NCBI RefSeq assembly: GCF_006345805.1
Contig: NW_021824060.1
Coordinates: 1 to 20,139 of the forward strand
DNA: 20,139 nucleotides
Reading direction: 5' to 3'
DNA from: Octopus sinensis
Taxonomy: Eukaryota
The translations under genes and the position numbers were made by a program. Below, piece after piece: positions 1-11,297 of the stretch (positions are counted from its first letter, which is position 1; each line of letters opens with the position of its first letter). The notes beneath the pieces were generated by a model. The model was not told the DNA's origin. It searched no databases and worked only from the letters and a program-made list of their open reading frames with translations.

Positions 1-110
1 AAGACTGGACTGGCAAGGCTGGGACGCGTTTGTTTATACGTATATTTCATTAGGGTTGGCCCTCGAGGCTAAGCAAGAACGACAAGAACAACAACAGCAA
101 ACAGAAGCAA
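1..110 (+). mobile_element. Probable 3' tail of a SINE/LINE ending in (AAC)n
   Basis: AGGGTTGGCCCTCGAGGCTAAGC runs into AAC-rich repeats and resembles retroposon tails I recall from octopus. No second copy in the window to confirm. Confidence 0.3.
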
Positions 111-159
111 CACAAGAAAGTAAACCAATGGCGAATGCTACGAAAACGCATTCAATACA

Positions 160-164
160 CCATC

Positions 165-195
<31 letters not shown>

Positions 196-281
196 CCAAC
201 ACCAACACCACCACCAAAACCACTAAAATTACCATCACCATCTTCAAAACCACGATCTTCACCACCACCACCACCACCACG

Positions 282-314
<33 letters not shown>

Positions 315-465
315 GCAACAACCAGAACCATAACTACCACAATCATGACCACCAGCACTATAACCACCGCCACCACCACCACCACCACCAGTAAACAACA
401 ACAACGGTAATGATAACAGCATCAACAACAATGAGGACGGCGACAACAACAACAACAACCCGAAT
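160..465. repeat. Mixed (ACC)n/(AAC)n microsatellite
   Basis: Directly visible; explains ORFs 135..410, 138..479 and 152..388. Confidence 0.95.
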
Positions 466-699
466 AAGAACAAGCACAATATGGCGTTTCAACCAAAATC
501 TCTTTAATGCCGGAGCTGACATAGCTCAACAATGGCTTCGCTGAAGTGGCCATTTTGTTTTTGTGTGATTGTCGCATTGTGTTGCGTTATATGGCGGTGG
601 TGGTGGCGGTGGTGGTGGTGGTTTGTAGACAAGGGAGGTAAGTGTGATAGGAAAGAGAAAAGTGGTGCGTGTGTGTGTGTGTGTGAGTGTTTAGTGATT

Positions 700-861
700 G
701 GAATTAAGCAGTAGAGGGAGAAGTGGAAGAACAGCAAGGCAGGGGAGGGGGAAAATGGTTTGAATTATAAAGAAGTGATGACAGGGGAAGAGGAAAATGG
801 AGAAGGAGAAAATAGAAGAGGAAGAGAGAGAAGGGGAAGAAGGGGAGAGAGGGAAAGTAGA

Positions 862-897
<36 letters not shown>

Positions 898-1270
898 TTA
901 GCAGAATGAATCTGATGATAAATAAAGGTATAAAAAAGATAAAGTAGGAAAACATGTGAAGGAAAAGATAAAATGAAAGGAGAAAGAGAGAGAAAGAGTA
1001 GAATATAAAAAATGAAGAAAGTGATAAAGGGAAAAGAAAGAAGAAAAGAAAAAGAAGAAAAGGAGAAGGAATAAATGAAAGAAAGTAAGAAGAAAGTATA
1101 AATGAAAGAAAGAAGAAAAATAAAGAAAGAATGAAAGAAAGAAAAATGAAGGAACGAAAGAGTGAAAGAACGAAACAAAGAAATGAAAAAAGGAAGAAAG
1201 AAATAAGAAAGAAAGAAAATAATGAAATGAAGGAAGGAAGGAAGAAGGAAAGAAGGAAAGAAGGGAGACA
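700..1270. repeat. Purine-rich low-complexity tract including (GA)n at about 870-897
   Basis: Almost entirely A/G on the + strand. Confidence 0.9.
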
Positions 1271-1393
1271 TCAACAGTATACCGTATACGTCGAAGGTAC
1301 AGACCGACTTCCATATTGTATCTACAGATATTTTCCCAAATTTTTATGAATTGATTGTATTGGGTTGTCTCCCTTATCTTTTGCAGTCTATTG

Positions 1394-2270
1394 TCCACTT
1401 GTAAATTGTTAAACCCAGCGAGGAGTGAAACCGTGTTAGAAGCTAAAAATATTAAGAAATATTGATATCAGAATTAGAGAGACCACTTGGCCATAGCAAC
1501 GGGGTGATAGTATTGCTGTAATAGATTGGTTTAAGAACTTAAAGAATAAACACAGGGCTAGGTTTACTCAGTTCGATATTATAGATTTTTATCCCTCTCT
1601 AACGAGGTCGCCGATATGGTCTATATTGATGTAGACCATATAAGCTTAGGTTTTATCATACATGCGTCAAAAACACTCCTGTTTAGTAAGGGCTCATCTT
1701 GGGCAAAAAATAAAAAAATACGATACAGATGAATTGTTCGATATATCGATAGGATGGTATGATAGTGCTGATATCTGCGATCATGTAAGTCTTTTTATGT
1801 TAAATACATTGAGATCCAAGTTCCCATCTCATGATTTTGGTCTATACCGAGACGACGGGTTGGAAATTTCCCATGGCTGTGAAATTTAGGGATAAATTTA
1901 GATAAATTTAGGGAACAACTCGACACCACCTTTAGTCAATTAGGCCTTACAATCACAGTCGCTACTAATCTGTCGAAAGCCGATTTTTCAGATATTTCTC
2001 TTTATCTAAACACTTCCTCTCTTAAACCGGAGCAGAATCCCAACGAGCTTATTTACATGCACACGCAGTCTTGTCACTCTCCACTATAATTTTTAAAAAC
2101 CTGTTAACTAACATTAGCAACAGAATATCTAACCTTTCTTCTCTTAAAAAAAATTTGATAAGGCTGCTCCCTACTATAACAATACCGATAGTGATAGTAC
2201 GAGCAATAAAAATAAATCTAAAAATAGACCCAGGAGAATAGTCTGGATCGCATCCATGCTTTTCCCCCAA
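1394..2270 (+). pseudogene. PLE reverse transcriptase remnant (N-terminally truncated)
   Basis: FDIIDFYPS and LYRDDGL catalytic motifs lie in the expected order. ORF 1662..1889 captures only the frame containing YRDD. Confidence 0.85.
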
Positions 2271-2425
2271 ATGTTAAAACCAACATAGATAAAAGACTCC
2301 TGTCTCTCTTAGATAAGAATATTCCAATAAATCATAGGTAGATGAAGAATATTCAACGCTGAATTAAATTCATATAGCCGCTGAGCATCAAAATACGTAA
2401 ACACCGCCAAGATCCTACTTCTAGT

Positions 2426-2764
2426 TGTAACTGTTGAGAACCAGGAACATGTCCACTCCACCAGGAGTGCATGATTTAATCCGTCATATATGAGGCAGAA
2501 GTTTTAGCAGCGCTCCAAAACAATACCGAAAAGAAGAATTACATCGGGCTATGTGAAGGTGATTTCACAAATCGCTATGCTAACCACATATCTTCCTTCC
2601 GACACAGGGACAATAATAATGCCACTAAGTTGCCTAGCAAGCTATGTGTAACTGAAAAATCGCAGATCTCTTTCATTTCTACGAGCTCCATCATAATGAT
2701 GAATTCCAGATCTGAATTTTTTAGCAGATGTAATCGTATGGATAAGGTCCTGTTGAAATTCTAA
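2426..2764 (+). pseudogene. PLE Cys-rich linker plus GIY-YIG endonuclease remnant with an apparent in-frame internal deletion near 2641
   Basis: CNC..CPL...C, then VIYEAEV-x13-YIG and RYANH. LPSKL joins directly to CVTEK, whereas related PLE proteins usually have a few dozen more residues there (family knowledge). Confidence 0.8.
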
Positions 2765-2844
2765 CGAAGGTGCCTTGGATCTACGTTCGAAACCGTCCCT
2801 TTCTCTATTGGCAAGAAATCTTGAAATAAAACTGAACAATGACA

Positions 2845-2908
2845 AACATACATACATATGGGCATACATACATACATACATATATACATACATACATACA
2901 TATGGGCA

Positions 2909-2942
<34 letters not shown>

Positions 2943-3040
2943 CATACATACATACATACATATGGGCATACATACATACATACATATGGGCATACATACA
3001 TACATACATACATATATACATACATACATACATATGGGCA

Positions 3041-3074
<34 letters not shown>

Positions 3075-3115
3075 CATACATACATACATACATACGTGCA
3101 TACATACGCACGTAC
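2845..3115. repeat. (TACA)n array with recurrent TATGGGCA interruptions
   Basis: TATGGGCA at 2857, 2901, 2961, 2985 and 3033. Confidence 0.95.
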
Positions 3116-3329
3116 GTACATATAAACTTATAGGAATACAAGCATGCACACAAACTTTAATTCATGTATACATTGGTAGCTTTTAAACCTTCTCTGCTAT
3201 CAGTTATTCCTCGCTCGCCCACTTGCCTTCTCAATTCACTTATCCCTCTACTCTTGTCTCTACCCCCACTCTGTCTTTCTCTTTCTCTTTCTTATCTTTT
3301 TAATCTGTTCCAGAGTCAGACAATAATGA

Positions 3330-3616
3330 AAGTTGTGTGAAGAGCTTGATTGAGAAGGAGAGGGATAGGGAGAGAGGGGAAAAATGTGGAAGGTGGTAGA
3401 ATGTGAGAAGGAGAGCGAGAGAAGATTCGTAGAGAGAGAATGGAAGCGAAAGATGCGGCGAATGAGGGTGTGAGAATGAGAGAGAAAGAAGAATGAGGGA
3501 AAGAGGAGGAGAAAAAGAGGGGTAGGGAAAGAGGGAGAGAGAGAGAGAGAGAGTAAAAGGCAGAATGACCAAGAGAGAGTAGGAAGTAAAGAAAGATGAG
3601 AGCTTTGATTAAAAAG

Positions 3617-3661
<45 letters not shown>

Positions 3662-3702
3662 TATGCATATATATGTGTGTGTATATATATATGTGTATAT
3701 AC

Positions 3703-3760
<58 letters not shown>
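3330..3760. repeat. Purine-rich tract followed by (TA)n/(TG)n
   Basis: GA-rich 3330-3600; (TA)n 3621-3760. Confidence 0.9.
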
Positions 3761-4420
3761 GGAGAAAAAAGAAAAGAAAACGTGATGGATAATGGGGGAG
3801 GGTGGAATTGGGGAGATGAGACGGGAGGGAGCTGTGCGATAATGGAACTGGCAGATATCGATCTCGGTGCATCGAGGTTTGCTTTATTTTTATACCACAC
3901 TCTCATTTCTATTCTACCCCCTCCCCCTTCACTCACCACTAACTGTATTGTCTGCTAAAGAAAAACGACCTCAATTAACCCCTTCAGTCGTTGATATTTC
4001 TCCCTCTTACCAAACCCCACGCATCCCCCTTAATCCGATTTCAACTCATTATCGTCATTTTTACGGCATTATCAACATAAAAATGATATGGACGACCTGG
4101 CGAGACCAATCGAGATCTTGACGAGAATTCGGAAAGATTGGACGAGATCTGCACTGATTATTTTCACAGATAATACCGTCTGTTTGCCTTCCATATTTAA
4201 TTTTTGAGATTTGCTGTTATTTGTTATTTTACGTTTATTTATTTATTAGTTATTTATTTATTATTATTTTCTTGTTGTTGATGTTGATGTCAGCTTGTTT
4301 GCGGACAAACTATTCTTGTAAATTTGCTCTTCGTTTGGATATATCCTTCATCATCTTGTCAAAATTCGTCAAATTTATATCAGCGCTTTAGAAAAGAAAT
4401 GGTATAGAAAATTAACAAAA

Positions 4421-4431
4421 TAACAATAATG

Positions 4432-4498
<67 letters not shown>

Positions 4499-4530
4499 TA
4501 ATAATAATAATAATGGCAACAACAATAATA
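4421..4530. repeat. (AAT)n microsatellite
   Basis: Directly visible. Confidence 0.95.
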
Positions 4531-4729
4531 GTCTTTGATTCAAGTAACAATCTAAATCTATATATCTCTAAACCAGAAAAACCACAAAAAAAGAACTCTG
4601 GTCACCAGCGAGAGTTGAGTTGGCATATACCTTGACGAAATCAACTTGTCTTTAATTACATTACCATAAGGACGATGCGGAAAAACATAATAAGTCTCCA
4701 CTCAGACGCCTTTTTTATATGTACTCATG

Positions 4730-4817
4730 AATATACATATACATACATACTTGCAAATGTATTTATGTATGTGTACATATGTATATATAGGTATGTATGT
4801 GTGTATATATATATATA

Positions 4818-4874
<57 letters not shown>

Positions 4875-4905
4875 GTACACACGCACATACATCTATGTAT
4901 GTATA
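4730..4905. repeat. (TA)n/(TATG)n microsatellite
   Basis: Directly visible. Confidence 0.9.
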
Positions 4906-4926
4906 TGAATCTATGCACAAGTATTG

Positions 4927-5047
4927 CTAGTGTTTGCCGCCCGAGGCGGCACTTCAGTTTGGCTCCCCTCAAAAAGTACACATTGCCTACAGCAGACCCA
5001 ACATTGGAGCTGCCACCATAAAAGTGCCGCCCCTCTAGCTACGCTAG
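4927..5047. mobile_element. Small degenerate MITE-like element (hAT-like)
   Basis: Ends CTAGTGT / ACGCTAG (6/7 inverted). Perfect 10-bp internal inverted repeat GGCGGCACTT(4945-54)/AAGTGCCGCC(5022-31). GC-rich island within TA/AC repeats. No convincing TSD. Confidence 0.45.
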
Positions 5048-5728
5048 CGTATGTATGTCTGCACGCACACAGACAAACCCCCCACACATATATATATCAT
5101 TCCCGTTGGTTGGGTTCTGGTGTATTTCGTTACTTTGGCTTTAGCCGGTGTATTATTGGTATCGTTGTGTAATTTGTTAAACATTAGTCCTTAGCCTTAA
5201 CCAGTCAGTCTTACTGTCGTTTATTTGTGTATCAACGACTGATTTAAATTTATTCGAATTTTGCGAAATCTCTTCATGCTTTAGTTTATTCCCTTTCTGG
5301 TATTCCCTTTGTACTGCTTTCATTTCCATCGATTTATATCCTGCTTAACTGTTTCTATGTCCTTTAAGATATAAATTATCTTTTCGAAGCTGTTTCCGGT
5401 ATATATTTTATGATGCTGTTAGTGTTAACAGTAAAAAAAAAAAAAAGGTTCCAACTACATTCAATATGATTATCATATCAATATTATTCGTGCTCGTTCA
5501 TATTCTGCTGTCTATTTTTAAACATTTACTCCGGGAAAAAATATTTCATGCCGAAGGTCCAAAAGCGTACAATCCAATAATTTCGTCTGATTCAGTTTCA
5601 TCGTGTGTTTCTTTTCGAACGGAATTCCTACCGAAAAGTAAGGCTTAGCGAAGAGGTGTTTTGTTACGAAGGAATAGAGGTCAATTCACACAAACAAACA
5701 CACACACACACACACACACAAATTGCAC

Positions 5729-6130
5729 GGCTGTGTGGTAGGAATCGTGCTTCCCACCCACATGGTTCTAGGTTCAGTCCCAATGCGTGGCACCTTGGGC
5801 AAGTATCTATTACTATAGCTTCGGGTCGACCAAAGCCTTGTGAGTGGATTCAGTGGATGGAAACTGAAAGAAGCCCGTATATATATATTTTTTATGTGTG
5901 TGTGTGTGTTTGTGTGTCTTTGTGTCTGCGTTTGTCCTACCACCATAACTTGACAACCGATGTGGGCGTGTTTACGTCCCCGTAAATTAGCGGTAGAATG
6001 AGTGCAGGGTGAACAAAGAACAATTCTTGCGGTTGATACCGTCCCCTAGAAGCAAAACCCTTTAAGGCGGTGCTCCAGCATAGCCGCTGTCAAAAGACTG
6101 AAACAAGTAAAAGAATAAAAGAATAGAATA
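5729..6130 (+). mobile_element. tRNA-derived SINE, family A (near full length)
   Basis: A-box-like GGCTGTGTGGTA; B-box-like GGTTCAGTCCC 5771-81; CORE-like GCACCTTGGGCAAGT; internal TA/TG microsatellite; tail AAGGCGGTGCTCCAGCA...GAAACAAGTAAAAGAATAAAAGAATA. Homologous to 6811-7007 and 8871-9131. Confidence 0.85.
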
Positions 6131-6314
6131 TTAAAATAATATGCACAGGAAAAATATAGAAATATGACAGAAGCGATAAACCTTTAAGTAAAGCGCAAAT
6201 AAAATTGCTTTCGGAATAAATAAACAAACGCGCACACGCATATATATACAACTGTACATGCATATACACATATGGATGGACATAGATATGCATGTAGGTA
6301 TGTATGTGTGTATG

Positions 6315-6594
6315 CAGTGGCGGACTGATCAGTGGGCCCCTGCGCTATTAGAATCCGTATATGGGGTCCCGTGTTAGTATCTAAGGGGCTTATACCCTTA
6401 AGTTTGAGAATTTTTTATTCACTCCTAGAAGAATGCATGAATTTTTTCAGCCAGGCTGTGTTTTCAGACAGTTGAAAAGAATAGTTTTAACAAACAAGCA
6501 AACAAACAAAAATTAAATGATAGCATTGTAGTTGCGGGTGGGCCCCTCCCTTAGTCATCTGGCAACCAATATTTTTAGACCCAGTCTGCCACTG
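6315..6594. mobile_element. hAT-like MITE
   Basis: TIRs CAGTGGCGGACTG / CAGTCTGCCACTG (12/13). 8-bp flanks TGTGTATG / TGTGTATT (7/8 TSD). Subterminal GGGCCCC motifs at both ends. Confidence 0.8.
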
Positions 6595-6810
6595 TGTGTA
6601 TTTGTGTGTGTGTGTGAGTGTGTGTGTGTGGGGGGGGGCGTTGTGCCTGTGTATATTTACATATGCAGTTGGGAAGTCAGGAGGTCAGAGAGGTGAATAT
6701 ATGTATATTTAACCACGTGACAGCTCGTAGGATTACAGCCGTTTCGCAACTTAATTCATATGGTATTCATTTCAGAATGGAGGGAATTATGCGTTCATGT
6801 TTGCACTAAC

Positions 6811-7007
6811 ATTCTTTAATTCTTTTATTTGTTACAGTCATTTGACTACAGCCATGCTGGAACACCGTCTACCAAATCTACTCACAAGGCTTTGATCGAC
6901 CCGAGGCTATAACAGTAGACACTTGGCCAAGGTGCCACGCCGTGGGACTGAAATCGGTAACATGTGGTTGGGAAGCAAGCTTCTTACCGCACAGAAACGA
7001 CTGCGCC
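6811..7007 (-). mobile_element. SINE family A, internally deleted copy
   Basis: The reverse complement has the family A head and body up to TTTGGTAGACGG, joined directly to TGTTCCAGCATGGCTGTAGTCAAATGAC and the AAAAGAAT tail. Confidence 0.85.
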
Positions 7008-7407
7008 GAAGATGTATACTTCTAATTAAAAATCTGCGTATTCACAAATTAAAGAAAATAAGACAGCTAATTCATCGATCGGGTTTTCAGGAGTTTTCAG
7101 TGACAAGGATATTCAACATTACACTTCTTTGTATCTCGTTTCTGTGTGGTCTGATAGCCGATCTGTAAGAGCAGCTTTGTGTGTACTTTTGTGTATGTGT
7201 GTGTCTGTGTGTATTGTAATTAACGACCCACTTATTGAAGAAGATTTGCGTTTACAATCTCACATTGTCCATTTGTCCACTTGACAAATGGACCGAGACA
7301 CTTTTGCAACGTGTCGCAGATTCTGGTCAATATGTGGATTGATTCAGGACTTCGTTCATCTATATTTTTCTCATGACCTTATTAATGCCTCATTCAATAG
7401 TTTGAAT

Positions 7408-7547
7408 AACATACATACATACGTACATATACACACATATATATTTATGCACATACACACACACTATATATGTAAGTATGTTTGCATGCATGTATGTATG
7501 TACATATATATTTATGTATGCATACATACTTACATAAATATGTGTAA

Positions 7548-7589
<42 letters not shown>

Positions 7590-7650
7590 ATGTGTATACA
7601 CACACATATATATATGTAATATATATGTATGTATGTATCTATATATAATT
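7408..7650. repeat. TA/CA/TG compound microsatellite
   Basis: Directly visible. Confidence 0.9.
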
Positions 7651-8084
7651 AAGTGTGGGGTACCAGCTGTAGTAACCATAAATAGCTATCGCCCCTTAAC
7701 ACTGAGTACTGTGTAAAACTTCTCACTCGTACCTATGTACACTATACACACACACACACACGCACGCACGCACACACACACATACACAAACACACGCACA
7801 TATATATATATATATAATGGCATTTTTATATAAGCTTAAAGCTTATGGCGATCACCGTGCAATGACTAAGGAAAATAGTCTAATAAAGGGGCATATAAGC
7901 CCTCGACAGAAAAAAAGAAGGTTTTTCTATCCGCACCGAAAGCATATATATATATACGTATATATGTGATGTGATGTGTGTGTGTGTGTGTATGTGTGTG
8001 TGTACATGTGTACATATGCGTGCATGCATGCGTACGTGTGTATGTATGTGTATATGTAGATATGTATCTGTGTATACGTATATG

Positions 8085-8122
<38 letters not shown>

Positions 8123-8124
<2 letters not shown>

Positions 8125-8137
8125 GATAGATAGATAA

Positions 8138-8207
<70 letters not shown>

Positions 8208-8208
8208 G

Positions 8209-8270
<62 letters not shown>

Positions 8271-8291
8271 CAGACAGATAGATAGACAGAC

Positions 8292-8323
<32 letters not shown>

Positions 8324-8336
8324 GGATAGATGGATT

Positions 8337-8398
<62 letters not shown>
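8123..8398. repeat. (GATA)n microsatellite with GACA/GGAT variants
   Basis: Directly visible; explains ORFs 7866..8405 and 7880..8434. Confidence 0.97.
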
Positions 8399-8399
<1 letters not shown>

Positions 8400-8870
8400 T
8401 GACATATTGAGTGCTTATGCACTTGTATTCGCAAGCGTATACACTGTCATGCGTACACTCTCACATAAAATGATTACACCTATACACACTCATCTCATTT
8501 ACGGTGATCTAGGTGAGAAAAACATTTAGATATTAATAATTAATTCCCAGGAAAAGATCCGGAAAAAAAACACGACTGACTCCGCGAACATGACATGGTT
8601 GGTAATATATATTTAAACATGAGGCATTCAAGTCTGGAACGCGCTCTCAGAGATCAATATATTTTCCCGCCTTCTTCGCCCCTTTCCTTAAATCTTCCTT
8701 TCGTTCTCTCTCTTCTCTCTCTCTCTCTCTCCCCCTCTCTCTCCCTTTATCGGTTATCACGTATGCATACATATCTATGTGCGTGCGTGTAAATACTTGT
8801 ATATAAATATATATGTAAATGCATTTTATATATGTATACACACACACACACATATATATATATACACTTA

Positions 8871-9043
8871 GGCGCAGGAGTAGCTGTGTGGTAAGAAACT
8901 TGCTTACCAACCACATGGTTCCGGGTTCATTCCCACTGCGTGGCACCTTGGGCGAGTATCTTTTACTATAGCCTTGGGCCGACCAAAGCCTTGTGACTGG
9001 ATTTGGGAGACGGAAACTAAAAGAAGCCGGTTATCTACAAATG

Positions 9044-9082
<39 letters not shown>

Positions 9083-9136
9083 CTCCCCAACATTGTTACG
9101 ACCGATGCCGGTGTAATTACGTCTCCGTGACCTGCG

Positions 9137-9138
<2 letters not shown>
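8871..9138 (+). mobile_element. SINE family A, 3'-truncated copy ending in an inverted 8-bp copy of its own 5' end
   Basis: GGCGCAGGAGTAGCTGTGTGGTAAG head; GGTTCATTCCC B-box; GCACCTTGGGC..CCAAAGCCTTGTG..GGAAACT body. Homology to 5729-6130 stops near 9131, followed by CCTGCGCC. Confidence 0.85.
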
Positions 9139-9213
<75 letters not shown>

Positions 9214-9439
9214 GAAGTATATTCTTTTGCTCCAGTTTTGAAGCTCTTGAAATGAAAGATGAATCTTGAAGAGGAAACGACAGAATTAGTGCAGAAGGTG
9301 ACGTCACTGTACAAACTGAAACTGAGGCTGACGATGACGGGAGAGGTAAAAAGTGACGGGGAAGATGACGATTTAAAAGGTCGAGATGAGATAATTAAGG
9401 GGAAAACAAATTAAAACACACCATATAACTCATAAACAA

Positions 9440-10033
9440 GTCAAGATATGGAACGCACGTATACATCACAATCAGATACAAACATGCATGCAAGGACAAA
9501 CACACACATACCTACAGATACAGACGTCATTATAGAAACATAGAGTGTACGCACGCACACATACTCTTGTATACGTATACGGAAACACATACCCAGGCAT
9601 ATACACATACCCGTAGAAGAGCGGGGAGAAATAAAAAGACATAAAAGAGATATGTATCAATAGATTTTATAGCCCGGAACGTTGTTTACCACCCAGGTAG
9701 CCATTTGCTAAATGCAGACAGACACACATATATACTTACATACGTACGCCTGCACACACAAAGACACACTTAACTACACATACAATCATTGACACACACG
9801 GAGGCACATACATGTGTACATATATATGTGTGTGTATATATATATATACATATGTATACACACTGATAGAAACACTCGTACACATATACATACACATATA
9901 TATGTATATACATGCATATACATATATACATTCATGTAAGCATACATACATACACACAATCACCTAATCATTTGTAAAAGGACTCAGAACCACACACGCA
10001 TACGCACACACATGCACATATGTTGGTACGCAG

Positions 10034-10068
<35 letters not shown>

Positions 10069-10263
10069 ACTACATACATACGCGCCCATACATTTATGTG
10101 CCTTATACACACGTATTCCCAGGTAGCCATTTCCTAAATGAACACATACAGATACATAGGTATACATACATGCCCAAGCATTGCTACATACCTACTCAGA
10201 GACTTGCATACTCATTTATTCTCACTTATTCGGAGATATATACTTTTATACACATACACCCCC

Positions 10264-10303
<40 letters not shown>

Positions 10304-10880
10304 ATACAGATATACATATATATATATGTATGTATATATGTACGTATATATATATACATATATATTCATATATATACATATCTATATATAGGTATACATA
10401 TATATATATATTGTTATATATATACATATATGCACATATGTATGTATATATATGTATATAGATACATAGATAAGTAGATAGATGCATGTATATTTATATG
10501 GAAACACACACACATATATATATATATACATACATACATATTATATATATATATACACATACATATATCTATACATCTATATATATATATATATATGCAT
10601 GCATACACATTTATACACAGGTGTATTCGCATATACACACATATATGCATATCACTCGTTCAGCCAAGCACACAGGCATACACATACACACATGTACACC
10701 ACACATACACATATACATATTCTTTCTCAGCTACATACACATTCATAGCTATTCAAAAGCATAAGCTTCTACAAATATACGCATACATATACACACAGAT
10801 ATTTACGTTAATATATACGCACACATACAGACCAACATGTGTCCACACATGCATGCATACATGCACGCATACACCAAACA
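9440..10880. repeat. Extended AC/AT low-complexity microsatellite field
   Basis: Alternating purine-pyrimidine repeats dominate; overlapping Y/I/H/T/C/V-rich ORFs appear in all frames. Confidence 0.9.
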
Positions 10881-10962
10881 TGAAGGAAATGACCCGTGAC
10901 TAGGTTATGGGTTACATGTTTTATTCAGTTTTTAGTCGGCATAAACACACAGCATACGCACA

Positions 10963-10992
<30 letters not shown>

Positions 10993-10993
<1 letters not shown>

Positions 10994-11215
10994 CTTTATT
11001 TCCCACAGGGGGCTAAAAATTGAAAAGACAGACAAGAACAAAGGGATTAAGTCGATTACATCGACCCCAGTGCGTAACTGGTACTTATTTAATCGACCGC
11101 GAAGGGATGAAAGGCAAAGTCGACCTCGGCGAAATTTTGAACTCAGAACGTAACGGTAGACGAAATACCGCTAAGTATTACGCCGGGCGTGCTAACGATT
11201 CTGCCAGCTCACCGC
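10993..11215 (-). mobile_element. tRNA-derived SINE, family B
   Basis: The reverse complement reads GCGGTGAGCTGGCAGAATCGTTAGCACGCCC..GAGTTCAAAATTTCGCCGAGGTCGACTTTGCC..GTACCAGTTACGCACTGGGGTCGATGTAATCGAC..A-rich tail. High similarity to 17266-17497. Confidence 0.9.
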
Positions 11216-11241
11216 ACACACACACACACACACACACACAC

Positions 11242-11297
<56 letters not shown>

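Larger units (their letters stand above)
1394..2764 (+). mobile_element. Decayed Penelope-like retroelement: RT plus C-terminal GIY-YIG endonuclease; multiple frameshifts and stops
   Basis: Manual translation across frameshifts gives colinear PLE motifs: TCKLLNPARSE (from 1394), VIDWFKNLKNKHRARFTQFDIIDFYPSL (FDIIDFYPS from 1572), IIHASKTLLFSKGSSWAK, LFDISIGWYDSADICDHVSLFML, GLYRDDGL (YRDD 1845-1856), FSQLGLTITVATNL..DFSDISL, NISNRISNLSS, KNRPRRIVW..FSPNVKTNI, CNC*EPGTCPLHQEC (2426), VIYEAEV..NYIGLCEGDFTNRYANHISSFRH (YIG 2540-2548), LCVTEK, MNSRSEFFSRC, stop TAA 2762-2764. Confidence 0.9.

Noticed and set aside
1330-1398. Minus-strand peptide MDNRLQKIRETTQYNQ resembling the PLE RT segment IRETT, suggesting an inverted PLE piece
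   Set aside because: Nucleotide similarity to 1470-1490 is too short and weak to support an inversion.
3980-4000. TTAA-CCCCTT piggyBac-like terminus
   Set aside because: No matching right TIR plus TTAA found in the window.
9260-9415. 51-codon acidic ORF MNLEEETTELVQKV...
   Set aside because: Short, no recognisable homology, and the upstream acceptor gives stops in all frames.
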